A stretch of 63,869 nucleotides of DNA, filler included, from Myxococcota bacterium (GCA_023150835.1; 3 parts of 3 records of this genome joined end to end with filler, not necessarily neighbours in it); one strand, 5' to 3'. Counted from the whole stretch's first letter, positions 17,642 through 27,594 are shown. The notes: generated by a model not told the origin, from the sequence alone. Translations and numbers: made by a program.

Positions 17642-19801
17642 ATGCGCCCACAATGTGACTTCTCTTCTCCAAAGACCACCGCTTTTTCGGCTCTTTGGCT
17701 GCTGCCGTTGTTTTTTCTGTGCTTTCAACCTGTATTGTTCGCCAAGCCGCTCCAAGTGACGCACCTTTTTGAACCGCACTCCCTTGCTGGCCCTTGGCGC
17801 TTTCGGGCGGGCGACGATACCCGTCGGAGCCACCCTTCTTACAGCGATCGACATTGGCCCACCGTTCGCGTCCCGTTTGAAAAGCGGCACAAAGGCAGTC
17901 AAGCCCATCCGATCGTGTGGTATCGACAAACCGTCCTCCTGCCCAAAGGTTTTTTACCCCAAGATCGTTGGCCTCTTGGCATCGCGCTCGATCGCATCCG
18001 CAGTGCATACGAGCTGTATGTCAACGGCCATCTGGTCGGGCAGATCGGCAAGATGCCACCCCAACCACACGGCGCAACACCTCGTCCTGCGGTGTTTCGT
18101 ATCCCCCACCATGCTTTTGACAAAGAACGCCTTGTCCTTGCGCTGCGGGTCTGGCAGCCGCCTTGGTTGATCCGCCACTACGGAGGAAAGATCCGCCTCG
18201 GTGGAGACGCTTACAGCATCGGTCCTTATCGCCTTCTCAAAGAGCGGACCCTCGCACAACAACACTACCAACGCGAACAAAGCATCCTTTCGCTTTTTGT
18301 AGCGGCTTTGTTGGTGCTTGTGGCGATCTACCACTTCCATCTGTATCGCGGACGCGCCGAGTTATCGGCCTATTTTTGGTATGGTCTGCTTTTGCTCTGC
18401 CTCTCCGCGTGGGTCGCAGGCAAGCCGCTCATGCAGCTACTTTTGCTCTACAACGACGAGTGGGGCTGGATCCTTGCGCGCTCAACCGCCTTTCTGGCGT
18501 TCTTTCCCGCCATCGAATTCGCCTACCGTGCGCTCGATCAAAAACGCCCTCCTCGATCGTGGCAGATCTGCCAATGGATCTCTATCGTGGGTGGTCTCGC
18601 GTGCCTGCTGTTTGGGCCTCATCTCGCGCTGATCCTGCCCAATTTCCTGCTTTCTCTGTTCTTTGCGGGGATACTGCTTGGCTTGTTGGTCTACACCATC
18701 CAACGCGCTTGGCAAGGACACCCCGACGCACGCACCATCCAAGGCGGGATGCTTGCCGCTTTTGTCTTGCTGCTTTGGCAATACGCCATCAGCGCAAAGC
18801 TCCTCCCCTATGTCTCTCTTCCTCTCGCAACGATGGCCTTTTGTATCCTCGTCTTGTCCCTTGCTTTCGCCCTCTCGAATCAATACCGCCGCACTCTCGC
18901 TGACCTCAAAACCCGCAACCGCCAACTCAACGAGATGAACAACGCCATCCAACGCTTTGTCCCCGTCGAATTCCTTGCCCACCTCGGACGCGAAGATCTC
19001 CGACAAGTCCAACGCGGCGATCAAAATCAGCGCGAAATGACCACTTTCTTTTCGGATGTTCGGTCTTTTACATCGCTCGTCGAACGCATGACGCCCGCAC
19101 AAACCATGCAATTCGTCAACCGCTACCTCAACGCCATGGAACCCCCCATCTCCAAACACAACGGATTTATCGACAAGTACATCGGCGATGCTGTCATGGC
19201 CCTTTTCGATCAGCCCGATGATGCCCTTCAAGCCGCCATCGACTGCCTCAAAGCTCTCGAAGTCTACAACACCGAACGCGCCGCCGAAAACGAAGCCCCT
19301 GTTCACATCGGCATCGGCCTTCACACCGGCCTCTTGATGCTTGGAACCGTCGGCAGCGAAAAGCGCCTCAGCTGCACCGTCCTCGGCGATAGCGTCAACC
19401 TCGCCTCCCGTATCGAAGGACTCACCAAAGAATACGGTGCCTCTCTCTTGATCACAGGACACACCCGAGATCGTCTCCGCGATCCCCAACGCTACCAAAT
19501 GCAGCACATCGATCGCGTCGCTGCCAAGGGCAAAACCGAAGCCGTTGATATCTACGAAGTCTGGGACGGACTCAGCGACGAAGCCCAAGCCCAAAAACGC
19601 GCCACCCACCGCCCCTTCCAACAAGGCTACCAAGCCTTCATCCAAGGCGACTTTTCTTCGGCTTTGCAGATATTTCAAGATATCCGACAACAACACCCGC
19701 AAGACCGACTCGCTCAGCTTTACCTCTCGCGCAGCCAAACCTTTCTCAAAGACGGCCCACCCGAACATTGGGACGGTGTGGTTCACATGCACCACAAATG
19801 A
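17642..19801 (+). CDS. Membrane-bound class III adenylate/guanylate cyclase with periplasmic sugar-binding-like and 7TM domains
   Basis: WRFRAGDD..WYR jelly-roll N-terminus, 7 TM, FSDVRSFT, DKYIGDAVMA, GDSVNLASRIE; GGAGG before ATG 17642 (alternative start 17606). Confidence 0.9.
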   Translation: MRPQCDFSSPKTTAFSALWLLPLFFLCFQPVLFAKPLQVTHLFEPHSLAGPWRFRAGDDTRRSHPSYSDRHWPTVRVPFEKRHKGSQAHPIVWYRQTVLLPKGFLPQDRWPLGIALDRIRSAYELYVNGHLVGQIGKMPPQPHGATPRPAVFRIPHHAFDKERLVLALRVWQPPWLIRHYGGKIRLGGDAYSIGPYRLLKERTLAQQHYQREQSILSLFVAALLVLVAIYHFHLYRGRAELSAYFWYGLLLLCLSAWVAGKPLMQLLLLYNDEWGWILARSTAFLAFFPAIEFAYRALDQKRPPRSWQICQWISIVGGLACLLFGPHLALILPNFLLSLFFAGILLGLLVYTIQRAWQGHPDARTIQGGMLAAFVLLLWQYAISAKLLPYVSLPLATMAFCILVLSLAFALSNQYRRTLADLKTRNRQLNEMNNAIQRFVPVEFLAHLGREDLRQVQRGDQNQREMTTFFSDVRSFTSLVERMTPAQTMQFVNRYLNAMEPPISKHNGFIDKYIGDAVMALFDQPDDALQAAIDCLKALEVYNTERAAENEAPVHIGIGLHTGLLMLGTVGSEKRLSCTVLGDSVNLASRIEGLTKEYGASLLITGHTRDRLRDPQRYQMQHIDRVAAKGKTEAVDIYEVWDGLSDEAQAQKRATHRPFQQGYQAFIQGDFSSALQIFQDIRQQHPQDRLAQLYLSRSQTFLKDGPPEHWDGVVHMHHK

Positions 19802-19930
19802 GCACACCGACCGTACGCGGGCCAAAGCAAAAAAGAAATGGACGTCTTGTGGTTGCTCTGGCGCGGCTTGTTTGATGCGGCTGCGCTTATTCCACAGCCC
19901 CCCGACTGTAGAGCTTCTTTGTCAAAGCAC

Positions 19931-21343
19931 CTATTCGACAGAAACCCCCGACTGTAGGTCCTCTTCGTCAAAACGCCCCAACGTAAAACACAGCGCATCC
20001 CCGATCTGCGGCATCTCGAACACAAAGCCGCTCTCAAGCAAGCGTTGGGGGACCGCCCGCACACTATCAAGCAACAGCGTTTTTCCCATCTCGCCCAACA
20101 GCGCCTTGACCGCAAAAGCAGGCAACGGGACCAGCGTCGGTCGATGCAATGCCTTTCCCAAAGCCTTGGTGAATTCGGCATTTGTGACGGGTTCTGGGGA
20201 GACACAATTGAACACTCCCGAAAGATCATCGCGCATCATCAGATGCAAGATCGCCCCAAGCAGATCATCGATCCCGATCCAACTCATGTATTGACGCCCC
20301 GATCCCACGACTCCACCGCCGCCCATCTTGAACGGCAACACCATCTGCGCCAACGCCCCTCCTGCCGAAGTCATCACCGCGCCGATCCGCATCCATACCA
20401 CACGGATCCCCGCCTCTTTTGCCGCTTGCGTTCCTCCCTCCCACGCCTTGCACACCTCCGTCAAAAATCCCTCGCCAAGCGCGCTCTCTTCCGTCAAGAT
20501 CGCCTCCCCTCGTTCTCCATAGACGTTGATCCCTGACGCCGACAACAACGCCTTCGGAGGGCTCTGACATCGCGCCATCGCACCCGCCAAAAGCGCTGTG
20601 CTTTTTTCCCGACTCTCCATGATCTGCTTGCGCTTGTTCTGCGTCCAACGCCCCGCGATACTCTCTCCCGCAAGATGCACCACGACATCGCAACCTTCCA
20701 AACCCGAAGCATCGATCTCCCCCGACTCAGGCGACCAATAGATCCCCTCCCCCGCTTCGGCTTTTCGCTTGCTGCGCACCAACGGCATCACCTCATGCCC
20801 ACCCGTTCGCAAAAAAGCCGTCAAGGCCGTCCCCAACAACCCCGACGCACCCGATATCACCACACGCAAACGCGGATGCGATACAAAAGCTTGATGACGC
20901 GCTAGATCCCGCGCTGTCCTCAGATGCCGATACGCAAACATCCGCCGCAACATCTTTGCAACCGCACCACCCGCAACCGCCTGACCGATCGACCCCATCG
21001 GTAGGGCGTATTCGATATGATCTTCCAACGCACTCTCCCCCGCTCCTGTGTCCAAAAAGCGATGCGTGTGTTTCCACGCTGCAAACGGCCCTTTCCCTTG
21101 GACATCCGTAAAAAAAGCACCGTTCCCATAGTCTTTGTGTAAGGCTTCCCATGTCTGCGAAAACGGACCCATCCGCAGCTTCATTACCATCCGCGAACCG
21201 TATTCGATCCCGCCCTGTTTCTCGACGATCTCCACACGATCCCACGGCGGCGATAACCGCTCAAAAGCCCCCAACCGACTATGCCACGCAAACACCTCTT
21301 GCGCGTTGTACCCAAGCACCGTTCTCTTGATAAAAGTCGCCAT
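19931..21343 (-). CDS. SRPBCC domain + TIGR01777 (DUF1731) NAD-dependent oxidoreductase fusion
   Basis: VFAWH..GAFERLSPPW, GPF..W.H.H.F, SGASGLLG, VVHLAGESI, EVCKAWE, GSGRQYMSWI. Confidence 0.9.
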   Translation of the reverse strand: MATFIKRTVLGYNAQEVFAWHSRLGAFERLSPPWDRVEIVEKQGGIEYGSRMVMKLRMGPFSQTWEALHKDYGNGAFFTDVQGKGPFAAWKHTHRFLDTGAGESALEDHIEYALPMGSIGQAVAGGAVAKMLRRMFAYRHLRTARDLARHQAFVSHPRLRVVISGASGLLGTALTAFLRTGGHEVMPLVRSKRKAEAGEGIYWSPESGEIDASGLEGCDVVVHLAGESIAGRWTQNKRKQIMESREKSTALLAGAMARCQSPPKALLSASGINVYGERGEAILTEESALGEGFLTEVCKAWEGGTQAAKEAGIRVVWMRIGAVMTSAGGALAQMVLPFKMGGGGVVGSGRQYMSWIGIDDLLGAILHLMMRDDLSGVFNCVSPEPVTNAEFTKALGKALHRPTLVPLPAFAVKALLGEMGKTLLLDSVRAVPQRLLESGFVFEMPQIGDALCFTLGRFDEEDLQSGVSVE

Positions 21344-21375
21344 CTTTCGCCCCTTCTCTTCTTTGATAGGACTTC

Positions 21376-21560
21376 TACGAAGTCCGCCCGTTGTGTGTTC
21401 CCAAAACGTAGGGGCATCCCCCTGTGGCTGCCTGACCATCGGGCGTCTACAGCGGTTCGCACCTAGCCTTCGTTTCCAAAACGTAGGGGCATCCCCCTGT
21501 GGCTGCCGACCATCGGGCGTCTACAGCGGTTCGCAGCGCGGCTCCCTTGCCCCCGTGTTC
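21376..21560. repeat. Family B REP-like doublet plus partial family A hairpin
   Basis: Two copies of aaaacgtaggggcatccccctgtggctgcc..accatcgggcgtctacagcggttcgca, then gcgcggctcccttgcccccg. Confidence 0.7.
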
Positions 21561-21673
21561 GCGGTTTGGATGTACTTCGCGATCAAAAAGATTCCATTCC
21601 CCCACAAAGCCCGCCCCGATGGTCTCTCCAACAACGCCCGCTTTGATGGCCTGACGCGCTTGACGACCCTTTT

Positions 21674-24600
21674 TTAGCGACCCGCAAACAGCGTGGGATT
21701 GGTTGCGTAGATCATGGCGACCTCGCGCTGGATCAAGTTGGTGTTGACAAGTTCGACAAGGGCTGCATCCATCGTGATCATGCCCATCGAGCGGGAGGCT
21801 TCCATGATCGACTTGAGTTGGTGGAGTTTGTCTTCGCGGATCAGGTTGCGTGCAGCGGGGGTGGCCACCAAGACCTCGAAGGCTGCGATGCGTCCGTTTT
21901 GTTCGCGGTTGGGCAACAATCGCTGCGAGATCACGGCGGTTAAGGCCGAGGAAAGCTGCGCTCGGATCTGTTCTTGTTGGTGTGCAGGGAACACGTCGAT
22001 GATCCGATCGATGGTCTGGATCGCATCGTTGGCGTGCAGGGTCGCAAGCACAAGGTGGCCGGTTTCTGCGGCAGTCAGCGCCGCGCTGATCGTGTCGAGG
22101 TCACGCATCTCCCCCACAAGGATCACGTCGGGATCTTGGCGCAAGATGTATTTGAGCGCGCTTGCAAAGCTCTTGGTGTCTGCAAAGATCTCGCGCTGAT
22201 CGACGGTTGCGGCTTTGCTCTCATGGGTGAACTCGATCGGATCTTCGATGGTCAGGATGCGGCATTGGCGATAGCGGTTGATGTGGTCGATCATACACGC
22301 CAAGGTCGTGGACTTCCCTGAGCCTGTCGGCCCGACCACTAACACCAAACCTTGCGGATACTGCGCTAGTTTCATCACGGTGTTTGGGATGCGGAGTTCT
22401 TTTGGGTCGGGGATGCGTGTCGGGATCGCACGCAAAGACATCGCCATCTTGCCTTTTTGAAAATACGCATTCACCCGAAAACGTCGGCTGTGATCCAAGG
22501 CCAACGCAAAGTCGATCTCTCGCTCAAGCTCGTAGATCGTGCGTTGACGCACGCTCAAGACCGAGTGCAACAAGATCCGCATATCGCCCTCTGTCAGGGG
22601 CGAGATCGGCAATGGCTCCAACACCCCGTTGATCCGCAAGATCGGTGGACGCCCCGATGTCAAGTGCAGATCCGAAGCTCCACGATCCATCACCACCCGC
22701 AACAGCGACTTGATATCCAATCCCCCCCCCGATGCTGCCGAAAACGCTTCGCGAAACGTCGCCACGCCCGTCTCCATCCCTTGCGCAGAAAGCGCAAACT
22801 CTTCGGGGTTCGTCGCGTAGGCTTTTCCGACCTCAAAGGTGATCTCGCCCTTGCGATACAACTCCAACAAAGAGCGATTGAAACTCAACAGGCCGGGATC
22901 ATTGGTGCTACGAAGCTGATCCGCCAACTCTTCGATCCGTTGCTCTCGCAACAACTGCGCAACAGCCGGCGTATTCGACAAGATCTCCACCGCCAAAGCC
23001 CGCGACATCCCATCATGCGTCGGGATCAACCGCTGCGAGATGATACCTCGCAACGACAACGACAGATCCATCGCGACTTGATGGCGCAGATGTTCGGGAT
23101 AATAACTCATGATCCGTTGCAGCGTCTGTACGGCGTCGATGGTGTGCAGCGTCGAAAACACCAGATGCCCCGTCAAGGCCGCTGACAAGGCTACAGACAT
23201 CGTCTCCATATCCCGCATCTCACCGATCATGATCACATCGGGACTTTCTCGAACAACGTGCCGCAGCGCCTGATGAAACGATTGTGTATCCGCCCCGACT
23301 TCCCGCTGTGTCATCCGCGACAAGATATCGTGATGCACAAACTCGATCGGCTCTTCGATTGTCACGATGTGCGCGTGTCGTGTTTCGTTGATCTGATGCA
23401 ACAACGCCGCCAGCGTCGTCGACTTCCCCGAACCTGTCGCCCCCGTCACCAACACCAAACCACGCTGCTGAGCACTAAACTCCCGCAACACCAACGGCAA
23501 CCCCAGATCGCGAAAAGACAACGCACCGCTCGGAATCGCCCGCACCACCGCCCCCAACAGTCCTCTCTGCCGATGCAGATTCAAGCGAAAACGATGCCCC
23601 CCCTCCAAAGCATACCCCACATCCAGATCTCCTTCCTCCTCAAAACGCCGTCTCATCGGCTCTTTCAGCAGCTTCGCAAAGAACCGCTCAAAGTCCGCGT
23701 GACTGACCTTCGGCAACCCCAACGACACCACACGCCCATTCACCCGTACCGCTGGCGGTTTGTCTTCGCTCAAGAACAAGTCCGACGCATGCCACGCCTC
23801 CATCCGCTCCATCAACGCCACCAAACCATCCCCATGCACCACACTCCTCCGCAGTTCATCGCTGATCTCTGGAGTGATCCGCGCCAAGATCTCTTCTTCC
23901 GAAACGATCGACACCACCGTCTGCCCGTCCTCTGGAGCTTCTTCGACCTTTGCCAAACCATCACCCGCCTCCGATGCCTTGACCGATCCGTGTCCTGCGT
24001 CAGAGGCTCTTCCGGCCCCATGCTCCGCCTCCAATCCCGAAACGCGCTCGATGGCGTGCGCATCCGTCGAAGCCGCCTCTTTTGCGTCGAGATTCAACAG
24101 CAGCGGATGAGCGTCTTTGGAAGGAGATCGCGACAAGTCGGGGCGTTTGGGAGCAGGTGGCTTGAACACCTCCAACGGATCAGACAGTTCCAACGTGTCG
24201 CTGCCTTCGGGCAAACGCTTCTGGGCTTGTTTGAGTAGCTCGTGCAAACGCACCGTCGCAGCACTCGGTGGCGCGATCTCCAACATCCCCACACACCACA
24301 ACGCCACCAGCCATTGCAACATGGTCTCGTCCAACTCTTCACTCGGAAAGGCTGCCCACGTCGCAAACCCCTGTAGCTGCTGCTCTGCCTTCCCACCCAA
24401 TGATCGGATCGCAGGGCCACTCTCCGGATGCAAACACACCTGCACCTCGCCTTTCCCCCAAGCCGCCTCCGCCAGTCGATGCACCAAGCCTTTGTCCGTC
24501 ATCGCCGCAAAGCCATAACGCATCAAAAAGATCGCTGGCATCTTCCCGGGCGACATCATCTTGAGCGAAGGCCGCTCTTCAGGCACAAACACAAAACAGC

Positions 24601-24871
24601 CTTGCGACCACCCAAACAAGCCCTTCATCTGCCGCGCAATCGCCGCCATCACGCTGCGCTCATCCTCCGCAGCTTCGATCAACGCCCCTTCCCATCGCAA
24701 CGCCACCACACAACCTTCTTCCCACCCGATCTCGCATCTCTTTTCGTCCTCCATCAACTCCAAACGACCCGTCGCACCGCACTTTTCCAACACCGCCAAC
24801 AACAACGGAACACTCAACTGCCCCAACACTCCCGCGATCTTGTTGCCCAACTTGTCTGCCGAAAATAGCAT
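21674..24871 (-). CDS. pilT: DUF4388-like domain fused to two tandem PilT/PilU retraction ATPase domains
   Basis: Two full motif sets: GATGSGKST/TIEEPIE/PDVIMIGEMRD/TGHLVFSTLH and GPTGSGKST/TIEDPIE/PDVILVGEMRD/TGHLVLATLH/AARNLIRE; N-terminal G.L.QLSVP.LL..TG.L..LFGW..G.F.F. Confidence 0.88.
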   Translation of the reverse strand: MLFSADKLGNKIAGVLGQLSVPLLLAVLEKCGATGRLELMEDEKRCEIGWEEGCVVALRWEGALIEAAEDERSVMAAIARQMKGLFGWSQGCFVFVPEERPSLKMMSPGKMPAIFLMRYGFAAMTDKGLVHRLAEAAWGKGEVQVCLHPESGPAIRSLGGKAEQQLQGFATWAAFPSEELDETMLQWLVALWCVGMLEIAPPSAATVRLHELLKQAQKRLPEGSDTLELSDPLEVFKPPAPKRPDLSRSPSKDAHPLLLNLDAKEAASTDAHAIERVSGLEAEHGAGRASDAGHGSVKASEAGDGLAKVEEAPEDGQTVVSIVSEEEILARITPEISDELRRSVVHGDGLVALMERMEAWHASDLFLSEDKPPAVRVNGRVVSLGLPKVSHADFERFFAKLLKEPMRRRFEEEGDLDVGYALEGGHRFRLNLHRQRGLLGAVVRAIPSGALSFRDLGLPLVLREFSAQQRGLVLVTGATGSGKSTTLAALLHQINETRHAHIVTIEEPIEFVHHDILSRMTQREVGADTQSFHQALRHVVRESPDVIMIGEMRDMETMSVALSAALTGHLVFSTLHTIDAVQTLQRIMSYYPEHLRHQVAMDLSLSLRGIISQRLIPTHDGMSRALAVEILSNTPAVAQLLREQRIEELADQLRSTNDPGLLSFNRSLLELYRKGEITFEVGKAYATNPEEFALSAQGMETGVATFREAFSAASGGGLDIKSLLRVVMDRGASDLHLTSGRPPILRINGVLEPLPISPLTEGDMRILLHSVLSVRQRTIYELEREIDFALALDHSRRFRVNAYFQKGKMAMSLRAIPTRIPDPKELRIPNTVMKLAQYPQGLVLVVGPTGSGKSTTLACMIDHINRYRQCRILTIEDPIEFTHESKAATVDQREIFADTKSFASALKYILRQDPDVILVGEMRDLDTISAALTAAETGHLVLATLHANDAIQTIDRIIDVFPAHQQEQIRAQLSSALTAVISQRLLPNREQNGRIAAFEVLVATPAARNLIREDKLHQLKSIMEASRSMGMITMDAALVELVNTNLIQREVAMIYATNPTLFAGR

Positions 24872-24908
24872 CCGTCACCTCGCTCGTTGCTCTGCTGTTG
24901 CATCCTCA

Positions 24909-25089
24909 TACGATATCCGAGAGATGTGTGATCGAAACATCGACACGACTTGCTATGGCAGTCCTGTTCTTGGGCAGCCACAGGGGCTGCCCCTACAGAC
25001 GTCGATCACACGTGTGCGATCCAACAAGGGCGTCGTCCAACGTCGGGCTGCCCCTACAGACGTCGATCACACGATAGGCGGATTCCGTA
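24909..25089. repeat. Family B REPIN/MITE-like element with internal duplication
   Basis: tacgatatccg..atgtgtgatcg .. gggctgcccctacagacgtcgatcacacg x2 .. gcggattccgta. Confidence 0.7.
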
Positions 25090-25261
25090 TCATCCATCCG
25101 ATACGACGCGGCATCCCCATCATGCCGAAGCTGCGTTGTATCCGCGATCCCCCAACGCTACGCGAGGCCCCCCACCCTGTCAACCCAAGCCCACAAACCG
25201 CCACACATCAGACCCTTCGCGTACACCAAACGCCTTTCTGAAACAGAGAAACCTTCCCCAA

Positions 25262-25378
25262 AGGCGTGTTCGCACCCCTCCAAGCGGCATAGTCGCCGTG
25301 TCAAAAACGACTGCTCACCCCGCCAACACGGGGTCAAGGGGGCTGCGACCCCTTGCGGGGAGTGGGGTGGAACCCCAC
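25262..25378 (+). repeat. Dispersed ~125-bp repeat family A, copy 4
   Basis: gtgttcg..tccaagcg..cggggtcaagggggctgcgaccccttgcgggg..tggggtggaacccca. Confidence 0.65.
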
Positions 25379-25412
25379 AGCATCAAGCCCACACTTCGGA
25401 CCCTTCGCCGAC

Positions 25413-26873
25413 TCAAGGCGCATAGCGTGCGATGTATTCCTTGACGTCTACTTTGCGCGCTGTGTTGTCCGAACTCATGTAGCGGATCTTTCCGAATATC
25501 GGGCGTTCTGGACCCCACGCTCGATCATAACGACCCAACACCCAAAAGATCCCGCTGTAAGAATTCGGATCGCGACCATCCAACGCATACTTGTTGTTTA
25601 ATTCGATCATCACCGCCAACGCATCTTCGGGGCTTCTTGTCCATTCAAGGATCTTTTTCCCCCACAACATCCGCAGATAATTGTGGATCTTCCCCTCCCG
25701 CATCAACTGGTGTTGCGCAGCATTCCACAGCGGATCGTGCGTCTTCACCTGCTCAAACTCCGCCAAACTGTACAGATAAGGGCGCGGATCTTGGCGATGT
25801 TCATCCAGCGTCTGCTTCGCCCAGTCCGGCAAAGAAGCGTATTGATCGTACTGATCGTTGAGATACGCCATATTGAACCCCACTTCGCGCCACGTCACCA
25901 ACTCATCCAAAAACGCTTCCGCTTCTTTGGACATCCCCCACCAACCTTCGCGCTGCCCTGTCGCCTTCCCCAAACGCGCCATCTCCCATCCTTCGCGCTC
26001 CACCAACGCCGCAAACACTTCATGCGTCGAAAGATGCCCAAAATGCAGGTAGGGTGACAGGCCGCTTGTCACATCCAACGCAGGCTCATTGCGCTCCTCT
26101 GCGTATCGCCCCAGTCCATGCGCCAAAAACGAACGCATCCGCTTCTGCGCAGCCTCTTCACCACCACGCACCCCCACCACAGGACGCACCGCACGAGACA
26201 CCGCGATCCCCGAAAAAGACGCCCCCTGCGCAAGTTCCTCTGCCGTGATCGCCGGCCAACGCCTCACGATCTCCACAGGCAGCCTCCCCAACCTCGGCAA
26301 CGTCACACCCGACAAAGGCGATGCCTCCGGCATCTCCAACAAAAAAGGCGGCAACGTCTTGTGCAAAAACCGGCGAAACGCATACGCCGTCGAAAACACC
26401 GTCTCCGCCGCTCGCAACGGCAACAGACCATTGCTGTCCACCGCTTCCAAAGCCACCTGCACACGCCCTCCTGCCCCCCCCAACATCCGAGGCAAAAAGA
26501 ACCCGGGAAACAGATCCGTCACCACACCGCACGCTCGCTGCGCCATCGCTTCCAAAAGCCCCTTACCCTCGTCTTTTTGACGCTCCACATACGGATAATA
26601 CAACGCCGATGTCTGCGCAAACGCCACCCCCTGATCCGCCATCCCATCCATCACAAACCGATGGATCCGCTCGCTCGACCACCGATGATCGCAACGTATC
26701 GCTTCCAACACCACCAACGGTTTCGCCATCTCACGCGCTCTCTCAACCGCATACTGTAGCGCATAGTTCCATCGGCTCCGCCGCGAAGACACCATCCAAT
26801 ACAACACATAATCACCCTCTGACCGCCACTCCCCTCCATTCAACCCATGTATCCGTATCTTTGGTACGCTCAC
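25413..26873 (-). CDS. phrB: Deoxyribodipyrimidine photolyase (class II-like CPD photolyase)
   Basis: YVLYWM..R...NYAL, SGLSPYLHFG, FLDELVTWRE, THDPLWNAAQ, HNYLRMLWGKK, DGRDPNSY, ERPIFGKIRYM. Confidence 0.93.
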   Translation of the reverse strand: MSVPKIRIHGLNGGEWRSEGDYVLYWMVSSRRSRWNYALQYAVERAREMAKPLVVLEAIRCDHRWSSERIHRFVMDGMADQGVAFAQTSALYYPYVERQKDEGKGLLEAMAQRACGVVTDLFPGFFLPRMLGGAGGRVQVALEAVDSNGLLPLRAAETVFSTAYAFRRFLHKTLPPFLLEMPEASPLSGVTLPRLGRLPVEIVRRWPAITAEELAQGASFSGIAVSRAVRPVVGVRGGEEAAQKRMRSFLAHGLGRYAEERNEPALDVTSGLSPYLHFGHLSTHEVFAALVEREGWEMARLGKATGQREGWWGMSKEAEAFLDELVTWREVGFNMAYLNDQYDQYASLPDWAKQTLDEHRQDPRPYLYSLAEFEQVKTHDPLWNAAQHQLMREGKIHNYLRMLWGKKILEWTRSPEDALAVMIELNNKYALDGRDPNSYSGIFWVLGRYDRAWGPERPIFGKIRYMSSDNTARKVDVKEYIARYAP

Positions 26874-26967
26874 CCTCGACTCTCCTTTCTCTCGATTCTG
26901 CTTTCTCTCGAAAACCTCGCTGCCTCCGACTTTCTCTCCCTCCCCTGTTCACGGTCTTTGGCTCTTC

Positions 26968-27325
26968 TACGATATCCGCAAGATGTGTGATCGAAGGATC
27001 GTGCGTAGATGCCCTACGGTTGGGCAGCCACACCTGTCACTTGGACCCACTCATGCCGTTCGTTTGCGATCATCCTTCCTACAATATCCGTCAAAAGCGT
27101 ATCCATAAGCGTCGATGCGGTTTGTTGTAAACGCCCTGTGATTGGGCAGCCACACCTGTCACTTGGACCAACTCACGCCATTCGTTTGCGATCATCCTTC
27201 CTACAATATCCGTCAAAAGCGTATCCATAAGCGTCGATGCGGTTTGTTGTAAACGCCCTGTAATTGGGCAGCCACACCTGTCACTTGGACCAACTCATGC
27301 CATTCGTTTGCGATCATCCTTCCTA
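26968..27325. repeat. Family B element end followed by 122-bp tandem repeat (>=2.5 copies, cut by contig end)
   Basis: Units start at 27020, 27142, 27264; 26968-27040 is nearly identical to 52019-52090. Confidence 0.85.
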
Positions 27326-27425
27326 NNNNNNNNNNNNNNNNNNNNNNNNNNNNNNNNNNNNNNNNNNNNTTAATTAATTAANNNNNNNNNNNNNNNNNNN
27401 NNNNNNNNNNNNNNNNNNNNNNNNN
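27326..27425. other. Artificial contig-join spacer
   Basis: N-run, TTAATTAATTAA six-frame stop, N-run. Confidence 0.97.
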
Positions 27426-27430
27426 CCAGT

Positions 27431-27543
27431 TTCCTGGTGATCTTCGCGAAAAGGCTATACCCGATCCCATTCCGAACTCGGTCGTCAAGCTTTTCAGCGC
27501 CGATGATACTGCCTCCGGTGGGAAAGTAGGTCGTCGCCAGGAT
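27431..27543 (+). rRNA. rrf: 5S rRNA (3' end of an rRNA locus at contig start)
   Basis: TCCTGGTG..CCCGATCCCATTCCGAACTCGG..GTCAAG..GCGCCGATGATACT..GGGAAAGTAGGTCGTCGCCAGGA. Confidence 0.95.
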
Positions 27544-27551
27544 TCCTCTTC

Positions 27552-27594
27552 AGCCCGATAACAAAGTGATTTGTTATCGGGCTTTTTTTTTTTT
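27552..27594 (+). terminator. Rho-independent terminator after 5S rRNA
   Basis: 14-bp perfect stem agcccgataacaaa/tttgttatcgggct, GTGA loop, long T tract. Confidence 0.92.

Noticed and set aside
27020-27325. Possible CRISPR array
   Set aside because: Whole 122-bp units are near-identical with no unique spacers, and no cas genes are present.
27326-27425. TTAATTAATTAA palindrome (also at 48900) and linkage of photolyase to 5S rRNA
   Set aside because: Artificial contig-joining spacer; neighbourhood across it is meaningless.
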